Shown piece after piece: positions 26,091 through 36,450 of a stretch of 64,000 bases of DNA. Every line of letters begins with the position of its first letter. Position 1 is the stretch's first letter. A program made the translations under genes and the position numbers. Location of the stretch: NCBI GenBank assembly GCA_965216875.1, contig OZ244207.1, positions 7,040,001 through 7,104,000 on the forward strand, given 5' to 3'. Below the pieces are notes generated by a model, which saw only the letters and a program-made list of their open reading frames with translations, ran no database searches and was not told where the DNA came from. The stretch comes from Rubripirellula sp. GTDB taxonomy: Bacteria; Planctomycetota; Planctomycetia; Pirellulales; Pirellulaceae.

Positions 26091-28979
26091 TTAGTTCAAA
26101 TACCGAAAGTCGAGGCTTTGAAACAACGTTTGGTACAACATCGCCCACCGCGCTTCCGTGTTTTTGTCGCTTCTAACAAATTCGGTTGCAATCGACTTTT
26201 CGCTTGACGAGGGCATGCGCCCCAGGACTTGCAAGAACGCCCTGTCGATCGCTTCGCCATCAGGGAGTTGAGAATCGTTCAGGTTGATCGCCGCCGTCTT
26301 TGCTCGTTCCAGAACGAAAGGATGGTTCATCATCCAAAGGGCCTGCGAAGCGATCGTGCTCGAGTTGCGTTTGCCGTTTTGGATGTTGGGGTCGGCAAAA
26401 TCGAAGACTTCAAACACTTCCGGAAGCGTGTTGCGAAAGACCGGCACATAAACGCTGCGGCGTTTACTTTCGAACTTGTAGCCGTATTCGGATTTTGTGC
26501 CCGGTTTGATGTTTGAACCGCCAAGACCAGTTTCGAGTTCGTTCGACACAAACAACATCGTGTCGCGAATGTCTTCGGCACGTAGTCGTTTTCGATTGAA
26601 CCGCCCGTACCATTGGTTTTGGGGGTCCGACTCACGAAGCTTGTCGGTCGCCGTCGAACTGAGCTGGTAGGTGCGAGACAGGACGATGCGTCGAATCAGC
26701 GATTTGGTCGACCAGCCATCGTTTCGGAGCGTCGTGGCAAGGTGATCAAGTAGTTCTGGATGCGTTGGCGCTTCACCCATGCTGCCAAAGTTGTCGACCG
26801 TGGGGACGATGCCGCGCCCCATCAGCCAATACCAAACACGGTTCGCCATCACTCGGGGCGTCAGCGGGTTATCGTCGGCGGTGAGCCAAGCAGCGAGTTC
26901 GGCCCGGCCACTCTGGCCGTCTGGGATTTTTCCAAAGGACCCGGTGGGCGTCACTTGCAGAACACCTCGGGGCGTGATCGGGCCTTGGTTGTGAACGACT
27001 CCGCGAATGGCCAAAGGAATGTCGCCGGCATCTTCATCGTCGGTCGTCGCCATTGCGAGCGGTCGCTTTGGTGCGTTTGCTTCCAGCTTCTTGAGCGACT
27101 TTTCGAGAGTGTCGACGGTCTTCTTGAGACGCTCGATCTCCGCAAGCTTTTCGGCATCGAGTTTGGAGCCAAGGTTTGGGTCTTGCGGAACAATCTCGTC
27201 GTTTCGGAAGACAACACTATCGGCAATCACAACGCCATCGTCGGTCGCCGTGTTGTCGATCACCACGCGAGCCGAAGATTCTTTGAAAGTGAACGTCCCC
27301 AAGCTGACAAACGAACCATCGATCGGTGGACGCTGTCGCTGGTTGATCCTGACGGTCGTCGTTCCCGACTGATGGTGAACATGAACCGGAACGTCGGTCG
27401 CGCGATTGCCCGACGCTGTGTAGCTGACACGCACTTCGTAGTTGCCCGGCGACGGCAACGACGCATTGAAGATGACTTGTTTGGCGCCCTTTCCGTCAGT
27501 CGCGTCATGGATGTAGTTCTGGCCAACGAAGCCGTTGATCGAGGTGGAGGTGGTCCAGTCGCCGACCAATTGAGCTTCGGCGTCGTCGACGACGATCCCG
27601 GGAATCGAGTCGGGATCGATCGCTTGTTTCTTTTTGGTGTTGGAAGCCAAGCCGCCCGCTTTCTTCCAGTCGTTGGTTGCCTGAGCAAGATCGGTTTTCA
27701 GCTGGGCGATTCTTGCTGCGTGCTTGTCGATCTTCGCTTGCAGTTGCGGCTCGACGGGCAACTCTGCCTTGTTCCAAGTCGAAACGTTCGAATGAATCAT
27801 CGCCTTGGTGCTTTTCAAGATGCCAGCCAACGCGTAGTAGTCGTGAGCTGGAATCGGATCAAACTTGTGATCGTGGCATCGGGCGCAACCGATTGTCATG
27901 CCAAGCAGCCCTTTGCCAATCGTGTCGAGCTGTTCGTCGACGACGTCCATTTCCAAAACGTCTTTGTCTTGGAGTTCGTAGTTGGTTGGCCCGAGCAACA
28001 GGTAGGCGGTAGCGGTAAGTTTTCGCCGTCGGTCTTGCCAATCATCGGCGGGGATGAGGTCGCCTGCGATTTGTTCCTGCAAGAATTGGTTGTACGGCAC
28101 GTCGGCGTTGAAACAATCGATCACGTAATCGCGGTAACGCCATGCATTGGGAAACAGCAGCGTGCGGCCGCCGCCACTCGATTCGGCATAACGAACAACA
28201 TCAAGCCAATGACGCCCCCAACGTTGACCGAATTGAGGTGAGTCGAGTAGTCGATCGACGACCTGCTCAAACGCCTCGGGTGTTGGATCCTTGGCAAATG
28301 CCCGAACGTCTTCCGGTCTCGGCGGCAATCCGGTCAAGTCATAGTGAACGCGTCGCAGCAACGTTTGCGGGTCGGCGTCGATTCCAGGTTCCAAGTCTTG
28401 TTGGTCAAGTTTCGCGTGAACAAAGCGATCGATGTCACTGCGCGCCCACGCGTTCGGCGTTTGAGGGACGGGCGGGTTCTCGATCGGTTGGAAGGACCAG
28501 AACGATCTTCCTTGTTCAACCGTTGGCGAAAGGTGGGCGTTGGGGGCCTTCTGATTGTTCGTTCTTGGATCCGCTGCGCCCGATTCCACCCATTGTTCGA
28601 GTGCTTTGATCGTGCGGGATGGAAGGGCGCCTTTTGGAGGCATTTCCCAACCGCCGTCGTAACGGATGGCTTGAATCAGCAAACTCTCATCAGGCTTGCC
28701 TGGAACGATAGCAGGGCCTGAGTCGCCACCGGCTAGGAGTGATTGCCTTGAATCAACGCGCAGACCGCCCTGTTGTTTCTTGTCGCCATGACATCGCACG
28801 CAATGTTCAAGCAAGGTGGGGCGAACAACCTTCTCGAAAATCTCGAGCGAACGAGTGTCGTCGCCGATCGCAGGAGATGCGATGGCCAGGCACATGCTGA
28901 GCGCCGCAACCCACCTTCTGGCGAAGGTAGCTACGACGTGCGTGCAGACGCGGAGGGAGGGAGAGGAAGGCGGGAGCAT
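26091..28979 (-). CDS. planctomycete cytochrome c / DUF1549 / DUF1553 (PSD1) protein with an inserted CBM-like domain
   Basis: CVRCH and CARCHDHKFDP heme-type motifs, WGRHWLDVVRYAES, RVMANRVW, RRSVY; insert IVVDDAEAQLVGDW...GNYEVRVSY...INQR; ATG at 28979 inferred (alternative 28895). Confidence 0.9.
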   Translation of the reverse strand: MLPPSSPSLRVCTHVVATFARRWVAALSMCLAIASPAIGDDTRSLEIFEKVVRPTLLEHCVRCHGDKKQQGGLRVDSRQSLLAGGDSGPAIVPGKPDESLLIQAIRYDGGWEMPPKGALPSRTIKALEQWVESGAADPRTNNQKAPNAHLSPTVEQGRSFWSFQPIENPPVPQTPNAWARSDIDRFVHAKLDQQDLEPGIDADPQTLLRRVHYDLTGLPPRPEDVRAFAKDPTPEAFEQVVDRLLDSPQFGQRWGRHWLDVVRYAESSGGGRTLLFPNAWRYRDYVIDCFNADVPYNQFLQEQIAGDLIPADDWQDRRRKLTATAYLLLGPTNYELQDKDVLEMDVVDEQLDTIGKGLLGMTIGCARCHDHKFDPIPAHDYYALAGILKSTKAMIHSNVSTWNKAELPVEPQLQAKIDKHAARIAQLKTDLAQATNDWKKAGGLASNTKKKQAIDPDSIPGIVVDDAEAQLVGDWTTSTSINGFVGQNYIHDATDGKGAKQVIFNASLPSPGNYEVRVSYTASGNRATDVPVHVHHQSGTTTVRINQRQRPPIDGSFVSLGTFTFKESSARVVIDNTATDDGVVIADSVVFRNDEIVPQDPNLGSKLDAEKLAEIERLKKTVDTLEKSLKKLEANAPKRPLAMATTDDEDAGDIPLAIRGVVHNQGPITPRGVLQVTPTGSFGKIPDGQSGRAELAAWLTADDNPLTPRVMANRVWYWLMGRGIVPTVDNFGSMGEAPTHPELLDHLATTLRNDGWSTKSLIRRIVLSRTYQLSSTATDKLRESDPQNQWYGRFNRKRLRAEDIRDTMLFVSNELETGLGGSNIKPGTKSEYGYKFESKRRSVYVPVFRNTLPEVFEVFDFADPNIQNGKRNSSTIASQALWMMNHPFVLERAKTAAINLNDSQLPDGEAIDRAFLQVLGRMPSSSEKSIATEFVRSDKNTEARWAMLYQTLFQSLDFRYLN
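28911..28934 (-). repeat. single family B REP inside or just before the PSD1 gene N-terminus
   Basis: Exact match to 6017-6040 (CCACCTTCTGGCGAAGGTAGCTAC). Confidence 0.85.
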
Positions 28980-29042
28980 CGGGCTATTATAGACCAACCC
29001 AAATGTTCGAATCGAAGCCAATATTGATAAAGATCCAGTCGG

Positions 29043-29390
29043 ATGAAGCAAGGCAACCTGTTCGCTGAGATTGATTCCTCGTCGACTGAGGAATCTTTCG
29101 AAACTCTCGTAAAAGCCGGGAAGATTCGAGTTGAACGCATCGTCTCGACGGGCCAATCGAGCCCCGAAGGCGATTGGTATGACCAAGACGAAGCGGAATG
29201 GGTGATGGTGGTTTCCGGTGCAGCAGTCCTGCGGTTCCAAGAAAGCCCGAATGACTTGGAGGTTGGACCAAGTGACGTCGAGATGCGACCTGGTGATTGG
29301 GTTAACATTCCCCCGCATTGCAAACACCGTGTCGAGTCGACCTCAAAGCAAACACCCACCGTCTGGCTCGCAGTGTTCTACAACGATTGA
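29043..29390 (+). CDS. cupin domain protein
   Basis: RVERIVSTGQSSP..WYDQDEAEWVMVVSG..., IPPHCKHRVE. Confidence 0.85.
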   Translation: MKQGNLFAEIDSSSTEESFETLVKAGKIRVERIVSTGQSSPEGDWYDQDEAEWVMVVSGAAVLRFQESPNDLEVGPSDVEMRPGDWVNIPPHCKHRVESTSKQTPTVWLAVFYND

Positions 29391-29584
29391 TCCTCATCAG
29401 CGGCAACGTGCGTACCCACAATCACCCTCCCGCTTGCGGCAAGGGCCCGTAGCCTGACGGCCAGCGGCTCACGGGCACTGCCCAATCTGCGCAAGAAGTT
29501 GCTCTGGTGGCACGAGGATTGCAATCCGCAGCACGAGCGCCTTGCCGCTCAGGTGTGGGAATTGAATTGCAGGCGTTTTGCCGT

Positions 29585-29920
29585 TCAGGAGGCTGTGGTT
29601 TCAACCAGAAAGAGCGTTGTTGTCTTGATCGTTTTGTGGTGGCGATGGCGATGCGGCTCGCCCGCTGGGATCACCAACGCGTCACCAGCGCGAAAGGTTG
29701 TGAGTGTTCCCGCGATCTTGACGACCATCTCGCCTGAAACGACGTAGCCGGTATGCCCACAGGTGCAGTCTTCGGTTTCTTCAAAGTCGATACCGTATTC
29801 CACAAGACGAAGACGGACGGAGCCCTCTTGGTGAGTTTTTTGCCGTAGGCCTTGCGCAATGGATTGCCATGGCAACGGATCGAACACGATACGGCACGGA
29901 ATGTTAGGCTGGTTGTTCAT
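29585..29920 (-). CDS. cupin domain protein
   Basis: RLRLVEY...CTCGHTGYVVSGE...AGDALVIPAGEPHRH; ATG at 29920 inferred. Confidence 0.75.
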   Translation of the reverse strand: MNNQPNIPCRIVFDPLPWQSIAQGLRQKTHQEGSVRLRLVEYGIDFEETEDCTCGHTGYVVSGEMVVKIAGTLTTFRAGDALVIPAGEPHRHRHHKTIKTTTLFLVETTAS

Positions 29921-30044
29921 CTGGGCGAACCCTTTGGGGTGCTCTGTGTCGCAGACGATGTCGGGCACTTCAAACTCACAATGTGACAGAGATCCATTCT
30001 TTCGTCAGGTTCGCTATTTGCAATGCTCGCCGGAGGTTCCACTC

Positions 30045-30608
30045 ATGTCGTCTTCCAACTCATCAGCCGTTCCTCCGGACAACCCAGCTGGCGAATTTGA
30101 ACTCCACCGCGACTTTGATTCGGGCGTGCAAAGGATACTGATTGCGTTAATTGCTGACGCACCCGGTCAATTGCGCGCTGCAACCACCGGACTCGACGAC
30201 AACCAGCTCGACACGAAATACAAAAACTGGACCATCCGCCAGATCACTCATCACCTGGCCGACAGTCACCTGCACAGCATGATTCGATTCAAATGGGCGC
30301 TGACCGAGGAGAATCCGTTGATCAAGGCCTACGAAGAAGCGGATTGGGTGCGCCTCGATGATTGTGCGGCGGGAGCAGTCGGTCCAGCGATCGCCATGCT
30401 TGAAGGGTTGCACACAAAATGGGTGCAAGTTCTTGAGTCGATGACGGCCGAGCAATACGCTCGCACGTTTCGGCACCCTCAATCAGGCGAAACCGTTTCC
30501 CTCTGGGAGGCATTGAACTATTACGCGTGGCATGGCCGCCACCATACGGCACAGATTCGGTGGTTGCGGCAAACCAACGATTGGGATTCAGTAGGGGGAG
30601 GTGATTGA
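30045..30608 (+). CDS. YfiT/BstA-like DinB-superfamily metal-dependent protein
   Basis: WTIRQITHHLADSH, FKWALTEENPLIKAYEE, YAWHGRHHTAQI; GGAGG at 30032. Confidence 0.88.
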   Translation: MSSSNSSAVPPDNPAGEFELHRDFDSGVQRILIALIADAPGQLRAATTGLDDNQLDTKYKNWTIRQITHHLADSHLHSMIRFKWALTEENPLIKAYEEADWVRLDDCAAGAVGPAIAMLEGLHTKWVQVLESMTAEQYARTFRHPQSGETVSLWEALNYYAWHGRHHTAQIRWLRQTNDWDSVGGGD

Positions 30609-31300
30609 TGACGATTCCTCATGAGCAACAAGTCGGCACGTTCTTTGATCAATTGACCGACGACTACACCGCGACGATTGAACGTTGCTTTCCTCGCTAC
30701 CGGGAAATGCTATGGGCGGTTCTCGATTACATTCCCGACGTATTTGATCCGAAGCGAATCCTTGAGCTCGGGTGCGGTACGGGAAACTTGTCCGTGCTGG
30801 TTGCGGCTCGATTTCCGAACGCGGAAATCTGCTGCGTCGATCTTGCGGGTGAATCACTCGAGGAGTGCGGAAGGCGACTTGGCGGCGCCGATCGCGTGAC
30901 GCTGCAGCAGGCCGATTTTCGAGAGCTTGAATACGATTCGGGCGAGTTTGACTTGATCGTGTCGAGCATCGCAGTACACCACTTGGATGCAACAGGCAAA
31001 CAGGCGTTATTCGGCAAAATGAACCGTTGGTTGTCGCCTCAGGGGATGTTCGTCTATGCCGATCAACATCGAGGCGCGTCGGATGATGTTTATCGCCGAC
31101 ACATCGACAACTGGAAAGAACTTTCGCTGCAAGCGGGTTCGAGTGAAGAGGAGTGGGCGATGTGGATGCAGCATCAAGCCGATCACGATCATCACGATAC
31201 CCTCGTCGACCAACTTTCTTGGTTGCAAGAGGCGGGCTTTACCAGCGTCGATTGCGTCTGGCGCTATCTACTTTGGGCAGTCGTTCAAGCGCGGCGGTAG
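30608..31300 (+). CDS. class I SAM-dependent methyltransferase
   Basis: ILELGCGTG, FDLIVSSIAVHHL; TGATG stop/start overlap with the upstream gene. Confidence 0.9.
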   Translation: MTIPHEQQVGTFFDQLTDDYTATIERCFPRYREMLWAVLDYIPDVFDPKRILELGCGTGNLSVLVAARFPNAEICCVDLAGESLEECGRRLGGADRVTLQQADFRELEYDSGEFDLIVSSIAVHHLDATGKQALFGKMNRWLSPQGMFVYADQHRGASDDVYRRHIDNWKELSLQAGSSEEEWAMWMQHQADHDHHDTLVDQLSWLQEAGFTSVDCVWRYLLWAVVQARR

Positions 31301-31417
31301 ATTGGTGTTGCGGTGGTGGAAGATTGACATTGCCGGCTAGCCAGATAAGCTGCGTCGCGGTCGACGAGTTTGCGTTGGCCAGCCACCACCACCACAACTA
31401 CTTCCCTCCTTGTAAAA

Positions 31418-33622
31418 ATGGATTCCGCGTCCATGTCATACCGCATTGAATGTTGCGGGCGCAGACTTCTTGTCTTCATTGCTGCCCTTTGCCTTTTAAG
31501 TTGCCTTCCTTCGGCTTGGGCCGACAGTCTTCGTCCCAACATCGTCTTGATGATGGCCGATGACATGGGGATGGGTGACACGAGCGCCTATCAAGACTTC
31601 ACGGGCAACTCCGATGACGACCAAGTGCACACGCCCGCGATGCAGCGGTTGGCGAATATGGGGGTGCGGTTCACCGATGCTCATACACCTTCATCACGTT
31701 GCTCGCCAACACGCTACGCACTATTGACAGGGCGGTACCCGTGGCGCAATCGGCTCAAGCATTGGGTGCTGTTCGGTGTTCAAGGCGATCCGATGATTGA
31801 ACGTGATCGGCCAACCATTGCGACGCTGCTGAAAAAGAGCGGATACCGAACGGGTCTGTTTGGCAAGTGGCACGTTGGCCTTCGCTATCGGCAAAGTGAT
31901 GGGCGACCAGCCGATGGATGGATCGACGCTGACCTGACTCAGCCCATGTTTGACACGCCCGCCGATCATGGTTTTGACGTTTGCCGCTTCACCTCTCGGT
32001 CGCATGGGACTTCGGGGCCCTCGCCGCGCAACAAAAAGAAACCAAACTCGCCACATCAAACCGTGGGTCCCGGCCACATTGACGGACGCACTGTCTTGGC
32101 GGCGACATCAAACGGTAAGCAACTCAAGACGGATGGCCCCGATGCCTACTTGCTAAACAAACTTGGTAGCCGGCACAGTGACCATGCGATCGAGTTCTTG
32201 TCGGAGCATCTCGCGGGAGCCGCGCATGCTGCAAAGCCATTCTTTCTGTACTACCCGAGCAACTCGAATCATGGTCCTCATACACCTGACAAAGCGATCG
32301 GCGGTGAACCTGTCGCAGGGGCTTCCAAAAGCGTCTCCGGAAAGTCGATGACCAACCGAAGCGACTACGTTTACGAGAACGATGTCGCGCTTGGTCGGCT
32401 GATCGACTTCCTTTCCGACAACGATGATCCACGTCGCCCCGGTGAGAAACTGATCAGCAACACGATCGTGATCTTTACGAGTGACAACGGTGCAGAGATC
32501 AAGGCGAAAACGGCGACCGGACCCTTTCGCAGCCATAAGGGATCGGTTTACGAAGGGGGCCATCGCGTGCCCTTTCTTGTCGCCTGGCCGCGCGGCGGTG
32601 TCGGCGATGGGAATGGTGAAACGGAGGGTGGTTCAAGTGAAGTGTTGATCGGCTTGCAGGATATGTTCGCCACCTTTGCAGAAGTGGTTGGACGGCCCTT
32701 GCCCGACCTTGCTGGCGGCGAGAAGGGAGGCGAAGACAGTGTTAGCGTTCTCGATGCGTGGCGCGGCAAACGTGTGGTGAACCGGCCGATGATGTACCAC
32801 GACCATAACGAAGCAAAGGAAGATCGCGCAGTTTCGGCGATTCGTTTTGATGATCCGGTGATCAATGGAAAGACGGTTAGTGGCAAATGGAAACTGTTTC
32901 TCGATCCGTCGCTCTTGCGTTCGGGGACGGTCAAGGCGATCGAGTTGTATGATTTGGCAACCGATTCGAGAGAAACCGTTGATCGCTTGAGTGACCGTGA
33001 AACGTTTGCCGTCGCGCGGCATTTGTCTGACCTTGCCAGATTGCATCGAACCGTCGGTGGTCATCGACTCGCGGCACTCGCATCAAACAAGCGTTTCCGC
33101 CTTGATTTTCGCGCCAAACGAGATTCCAACGGCCAAGCTCAGCAGATTGTTGGTTTGGCAACTCGGTTTTCTGGTGCAAGTGGCACCCAAACCGTTTCCT
33201 TTGGAAAGGGCGCCGACACGGTCACGGCAACGATTGTCGCAGCTCGCAACGGCGAACGTCTTGATCGGGCTACCTTCAACGTCAATCCACGCGGCTTGGG
33301 GATTGATGGCGGACAATTCGAACAAGTCGATTCGGGTGAGGCGATTGTTGTTTCGTTTGATCGCGATGTGATTGTTGAATCTGCGGCGATCGTCGCGGGC
33401 AACGGTTCGTGCGGTGGCTACTATCAAGTGGGCGAAGGGTCGCCCATGGCGATCTATTGCACCGACGCCGATATCGATGCGCAAGATCAGTCGGGCCAAC
33501 TGAGCGATATTGGTGTGATCAAAGTGGGTACCACACTGAGGTTGGACAGCCGGCCTCACTATGGTGTCGAAGAGCCAGGGGCCTGGCGACTCGAAGCGCT
33601 GACCGTTCGTTTGTTGAAATAG
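31418..33622 (+). CDS. sulfatase (S1) with extra C-terminal domain
   Basis: PNIVLMMADDMG, CSPTRY, GKWHVG, TSDNG, YEGGHRVP; about 190-aa beta-rich C-terminal extension; start uncertain. Confidence 0.9.
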   Translation: MDSASMSYRIECCGRRLLVFIAALCLLSCLPSAWADSLRPNIVLMMADDMGMGDTSAYQDFTGNSDDDQVHTPAMQRLANMGVRFTDAHTPSSRCSPTRYALLTGRYPWRNRLKHWVLFGVQGDPMIERDRPTIATLLKKSGYRTGLFGKWHVGLRYRQSDGRPADGWIDADLTQPMFDTPADHGFDVCRFTSRSHGTSGPSPRNKKKPNSPHQTVGPGHIDGRTVLAATSNGKQLKTDGPDAYLLNKLGSRHSDHAIEFLSEHLAGAAHAAKPFFLYYPSNSNHGPHTPDKAIGGEPVAGASKSVSGKSMTNRSDYVYENDVALGRLIDFLSDNDDPRRPGEKLISNTIVIFTSDNGAEIKAKTATGPFRSHKGSVYEGGHRVPFLVAWPRGGVGDGNGETEGGSSEVLIGLQDMFATFAEVVGRPLPDLAGGEKGGEDSVSVLDAWRGKRVVNRPMMYHDHNEAKEDRAVSAIRFDDPVINGKTVSGKWKLFLDPSLLRSGTVKAIELYDLATDSRETVDRLSDRETFAVARHLSDLARLHRTVGGHRLAALASNKRFRLDFRAKRDSNGQAQQIVGLATRFSGASGTQTVSFGKGADTVTATIVAARNGERLDRATFNVNPRGLGIDGGQFEQVDSGEAIVVSFDRDVIVESAAIVAGNGSCGGYYQVGEGSPMAIYCTDADIDAQDQSGQLSDIGVIKVGTTLRLDSRPHYGVEEPGAWRLEALTVRLLK

Positions 33623-33647
33623 CAACCATCATTGGATAGGAAACACT

Positions 33648-35093
33648 ATGAGTCGTTGGAATGTCTTTGGGCGTGCCGTTGGGTTGGTTGCTTCCATCGT
33701 GGTCTCGCTCGCAGCAGTCACACAACAAGCCTCCGCCGCACAGCCAAACATCGTCTTGGTGTTTGTTGACGACATGGGATGGGGTGACTTCTCTTGCTTT
33801 GGCAACGAAACGGTCGAGACCGAGAATATCGACCGTTTGGCTGACGAAGGCATTCGGTTCGAGCAGTTCTATGTCAACTCACCGATCTGTTCGCCGTCAC
33901 GGGTAGCGATTTCGACGGGCCAGTACCCTCAGCGCTGGCGCATCACCTCGTATCTGAACAACCGCAAGAGCAACATCGAACGTGGAATGGCCCAGTGGCT
34001 TGATCCTTCGGCGCCGATGTTGGCAAGGTTTCTGCACAATGCCGGGTACGCAACCGGTCACTTCGGCAAGTGGCATATGGGCGGGCAACGGGATGTGGGC
34101 GAGGCGCCGTTGATTACGCAATATGGTTTCGACAAGTCGCTGACCAACTTTGAAGGACTTGGGCCGCGCGTGTTGGCGATTTGCGACGCGCACAATGGAT
34201 CACCCACGCGGCGCCACACTTTGGGATCAGACAAGTTGGGCCGGGGCGAGATCCTCTGGGAAGATCGCTCGTTAGTGACGCAGTCATTCACACACGCCGC
34301 GATTGATTTCGTCAAAGAGGCCGCTTCGGCAAACAAGCCCTTCTACGTCAATGTCTGGCCCGATGATGTCCACTCGCCTTTCTATCCGCCCGAGGCGCGG
34401 CGCGGTGATGGGTCAAAACGCAAACTGTACGAAGGCGTGCTCGACACGATGGATGAGCAACTTGGCGAGTTGTTCAACTTGATTCGAGAAGATGAGACGC
34501 TGCGAAAAAACACACTGATTCTCGTCTGTAGCGACAACGGGCCAGAGTTGGGTGCGGGATCGGCCGGTCCGTTTCGAGGCCACAAGACGAAGTTGTACGA
34601 AGGTGGCGTGCGGTCGTCGCTTGTCGTTTGGGGGCCTGGGCTGGTTCGCGGCGCCGGAACGGTGAACACACAATCGTACTTTTCAGCGATCGACTTGGTT
34701 CCCTCGTTGCTTGAGATCGCTGGTGTTGACGCGTTGGGTGTCAACTTCGACGGCGAATTGCTCGCCGACGTCGTGTTGGGCAAGTCGCAGGCGTCGCGAA
34801 GAGAGATGCTCTTTTTCCGACGCCCTCCCGATCGTGACGCGTTCTACGGCGATGACGATCTACCCGACTTGGCGGTCCGCGATGGCGATTGGAAACTTCT
34901 TTGCGAATACGATGGTTCGGATCGGCAACTCTATAACCTTGCGACCGATCGAGGTGAGACGACTAACGTTGCCACGGAGCATGCGGCCGTGGCCGACCGA
35001 CTGTCAAAGCGACTCCTCACTTGGCACAAAGAGATGCCGTCAGATCATGGGGCGACCTACCGATCGCCAAAGAAACGTCGCGGCAAAAAATGA
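33648..35093 (+). CDS. sulfatase (S1)
   Basis: PNIVLVFVDDMG, CSPSRV, GKWHMG, SDNGP, YEGGVR. Confidence 0.93.
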   Translation: MSRWNVFGRAVGLVASIVVSLAAVTQQASAAQPNIVLVFVDDMGWGDFSCFGNETVETENIDRLADEGIRFEQFYVNSPICSPSRVAISTGQYPQRWRITSYLNNRKSNIERGMAQWLDPSAPMLARFLHNAGYATGHFGKWHMGGQRDVGEAPLITQYGFDKSLTNFEGLGPRVLAICDAHNGSPTRRHTLGSDKLGRGEILWEDRSLVTQSFTHAAIDFVKEAASANKPFYVNVWPDDVHSPFYPPEARRGDGSKRKLYEGVLDTMDEQLGELFNLIREDETLRKNTLILVCSDNGPELGAGSAGPFRGHKTKLYEGGVRSSLVVWGPGLVRGAGTVNTQSYFSAIDLVPSLLEIAGVDALGVNFDGELLADVVLGKSQASRREMLFFRRPPDRDAFYGDDDLPDLAVRDGDWKLLCEYDGSDRQLYNLATDRGETTNVATEHAAVADRLSKRLLTWHKEMPSDHGATYRSPKKRRGKK

Positions 35094-35153
35094 ACTCGTG
35101 CTGTTGGATTTCTTGGCGTGGTCGTTGACCAAGTTTGACGTCGATCATTTAGA

Positions 35154-36041
35154 ATGGGAGCGATGTCCAACAAAAACAACCAATCACTTGGCAATGGCGA
35201 CCGGCCGCGTGTCGTCATCTTAGGAGTCCCGGAGCGTGCACGGGTGCGATCCGAGTTGACGCGTTTGCGTCCCGCGATCGCCGAACACGCCGAAATCGTT
35301 GTTGAAGACCTGGAGTTTCAATACGACTTTTCTGATGAGGACATCGACCTGGTCATCGTGCTTGGTGGCGACGGGTCGATCCTGCAGTCGGCTCGTCAGA
35401 TGGGGACGCATCAAATTCCCGTGCTTGGCGTCAACTGTGGGCGACTTGGTTTTCTTGCCGCATTGTTGCCCGACGACTTCCTTCGAGTTTGGCCCGACGT
35501 GGTTGCTGGAAAGTACGGCATCGTCGATCACTTGATGTTGCAGACGACGTTGATTCGCGAAGGCGAGACGATTGGGAGTCAATTGGCTTTGAATGAAGCT
35601 GCGGTTTTGGGCGGTCCTCCCTTCAATATTCTCGGCATCGATTTGTATGCCGATGGACACCTTGCAACCCGCTACCGGTGTGATGGCTTGATCGTGGCGA
35701 CGCCTGTCGGATCGACAGCGCACAACCTGTCGGCGGGTGGACCGATCCTTCGCCACAACGTCGAAGCCATCGTCATTTCGCCCATCAGTCCACACACGTT
35801 GACCTATCGGCCGCTGGTCGATTCGGCCGATACCGTGCTGGAATTGATGGTGACCGAGCCCAATGCTTCGACCAGCATCGTGGTCGATGGACGAATGTTG
35901 GGGCAATTGATGTCGGGTGACCGCGTTCGGATTGAACGGGCCAATGAAGTGTTTCGAATGCTCTCTGTGCCGGGCCAAAATGACTATCGAGCACTACGCG
36001 AGAAACTTGGCTGGAGCGGAAGCGTCTCGGTGAAAGGTTGA
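35154..36041 (+). CDS. nadK: NAD(+) kinase
   Basis: LGGDGS, GVNCGRLGFL, LNE, DGLIVATPVGSTAHNLSAGGP, LREKLGW. Confidence 0.95.
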   Translation: MGAMSNKNNQSLGNGDRPRVVILGVPERARVRSELTRLRPAIAEHAEIVVEDLEFQYDFSDEDIDLVIVLGGDGSILQSARQMGTHQIPVLGVNCGRLGFLAALLPDDFLRVWPDVVAGKYGIVDHLMLQTTLIREGETIGSQLALNEAAVLGGPPFNILGIDLYADGHLATRYRCDGLIVATPVGSTAHNLSAGGPILRHNVEAIVISPISPHTLTYRPLVDSADTVLELMVTEPNASTSIVVDGRMLGQLMSGDRVRIERANEVFRMLSVPGQNDYRALREKLGWSGSVSVKG

Positions 36042-36050
36042 TCTCCGTTG

Positions 36051-36450
36051 GGCCCGACGCTAGCGCGTTCGGCTCACACGTTGCACTCTCAGCCGCAGAG
36101 CGATAGCTCGCGGTTCCGAGGTGATCGAGAAAAGGTAGAAACCGCACGCTATCGCGTGGCGGCTCATGATTTGCCCTCGTTACCACGCTCGGCGTGGTAA
36201 CGCACTCACGGACGCTCCGCGTCCTCTCCGCCGACCGTAGCTTCGTTCGCCAGAAGGTGGTTCCATTGGCGGACCGCTTTGCGCGATTCCCACGCTCTGG
36301 CGAGCGTAGCTACGAAGCGTGGTGGCGGCGTTTGTAGTCCCGCCTTTAGGCGGAATGGGTGAAGATTCCGGCTAAAGCTCGGTACTACGAACGGGCAATT
36401 CGCAAGCGCAGTCATCGCTACCTTCCCTACGCTCTGGCGAGCGTCGCTAC
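36051..36450. repeat. composite REP cluster (families A, H, F, B, E, B)
   Basis: A 36051-36077; H doublet 36090-36166; F 36175-36224; B doublet 36237-36313; E doublet 36330-36392; B 36427-36450. Confidence 0.85.

Noticed and set aside
28980..29327. N-terminal extension of the PSD1 ORF to 1078 aa
   Set aside because: Overlaps the opposite-strand cupin gene, and the signal peptide lies downstream
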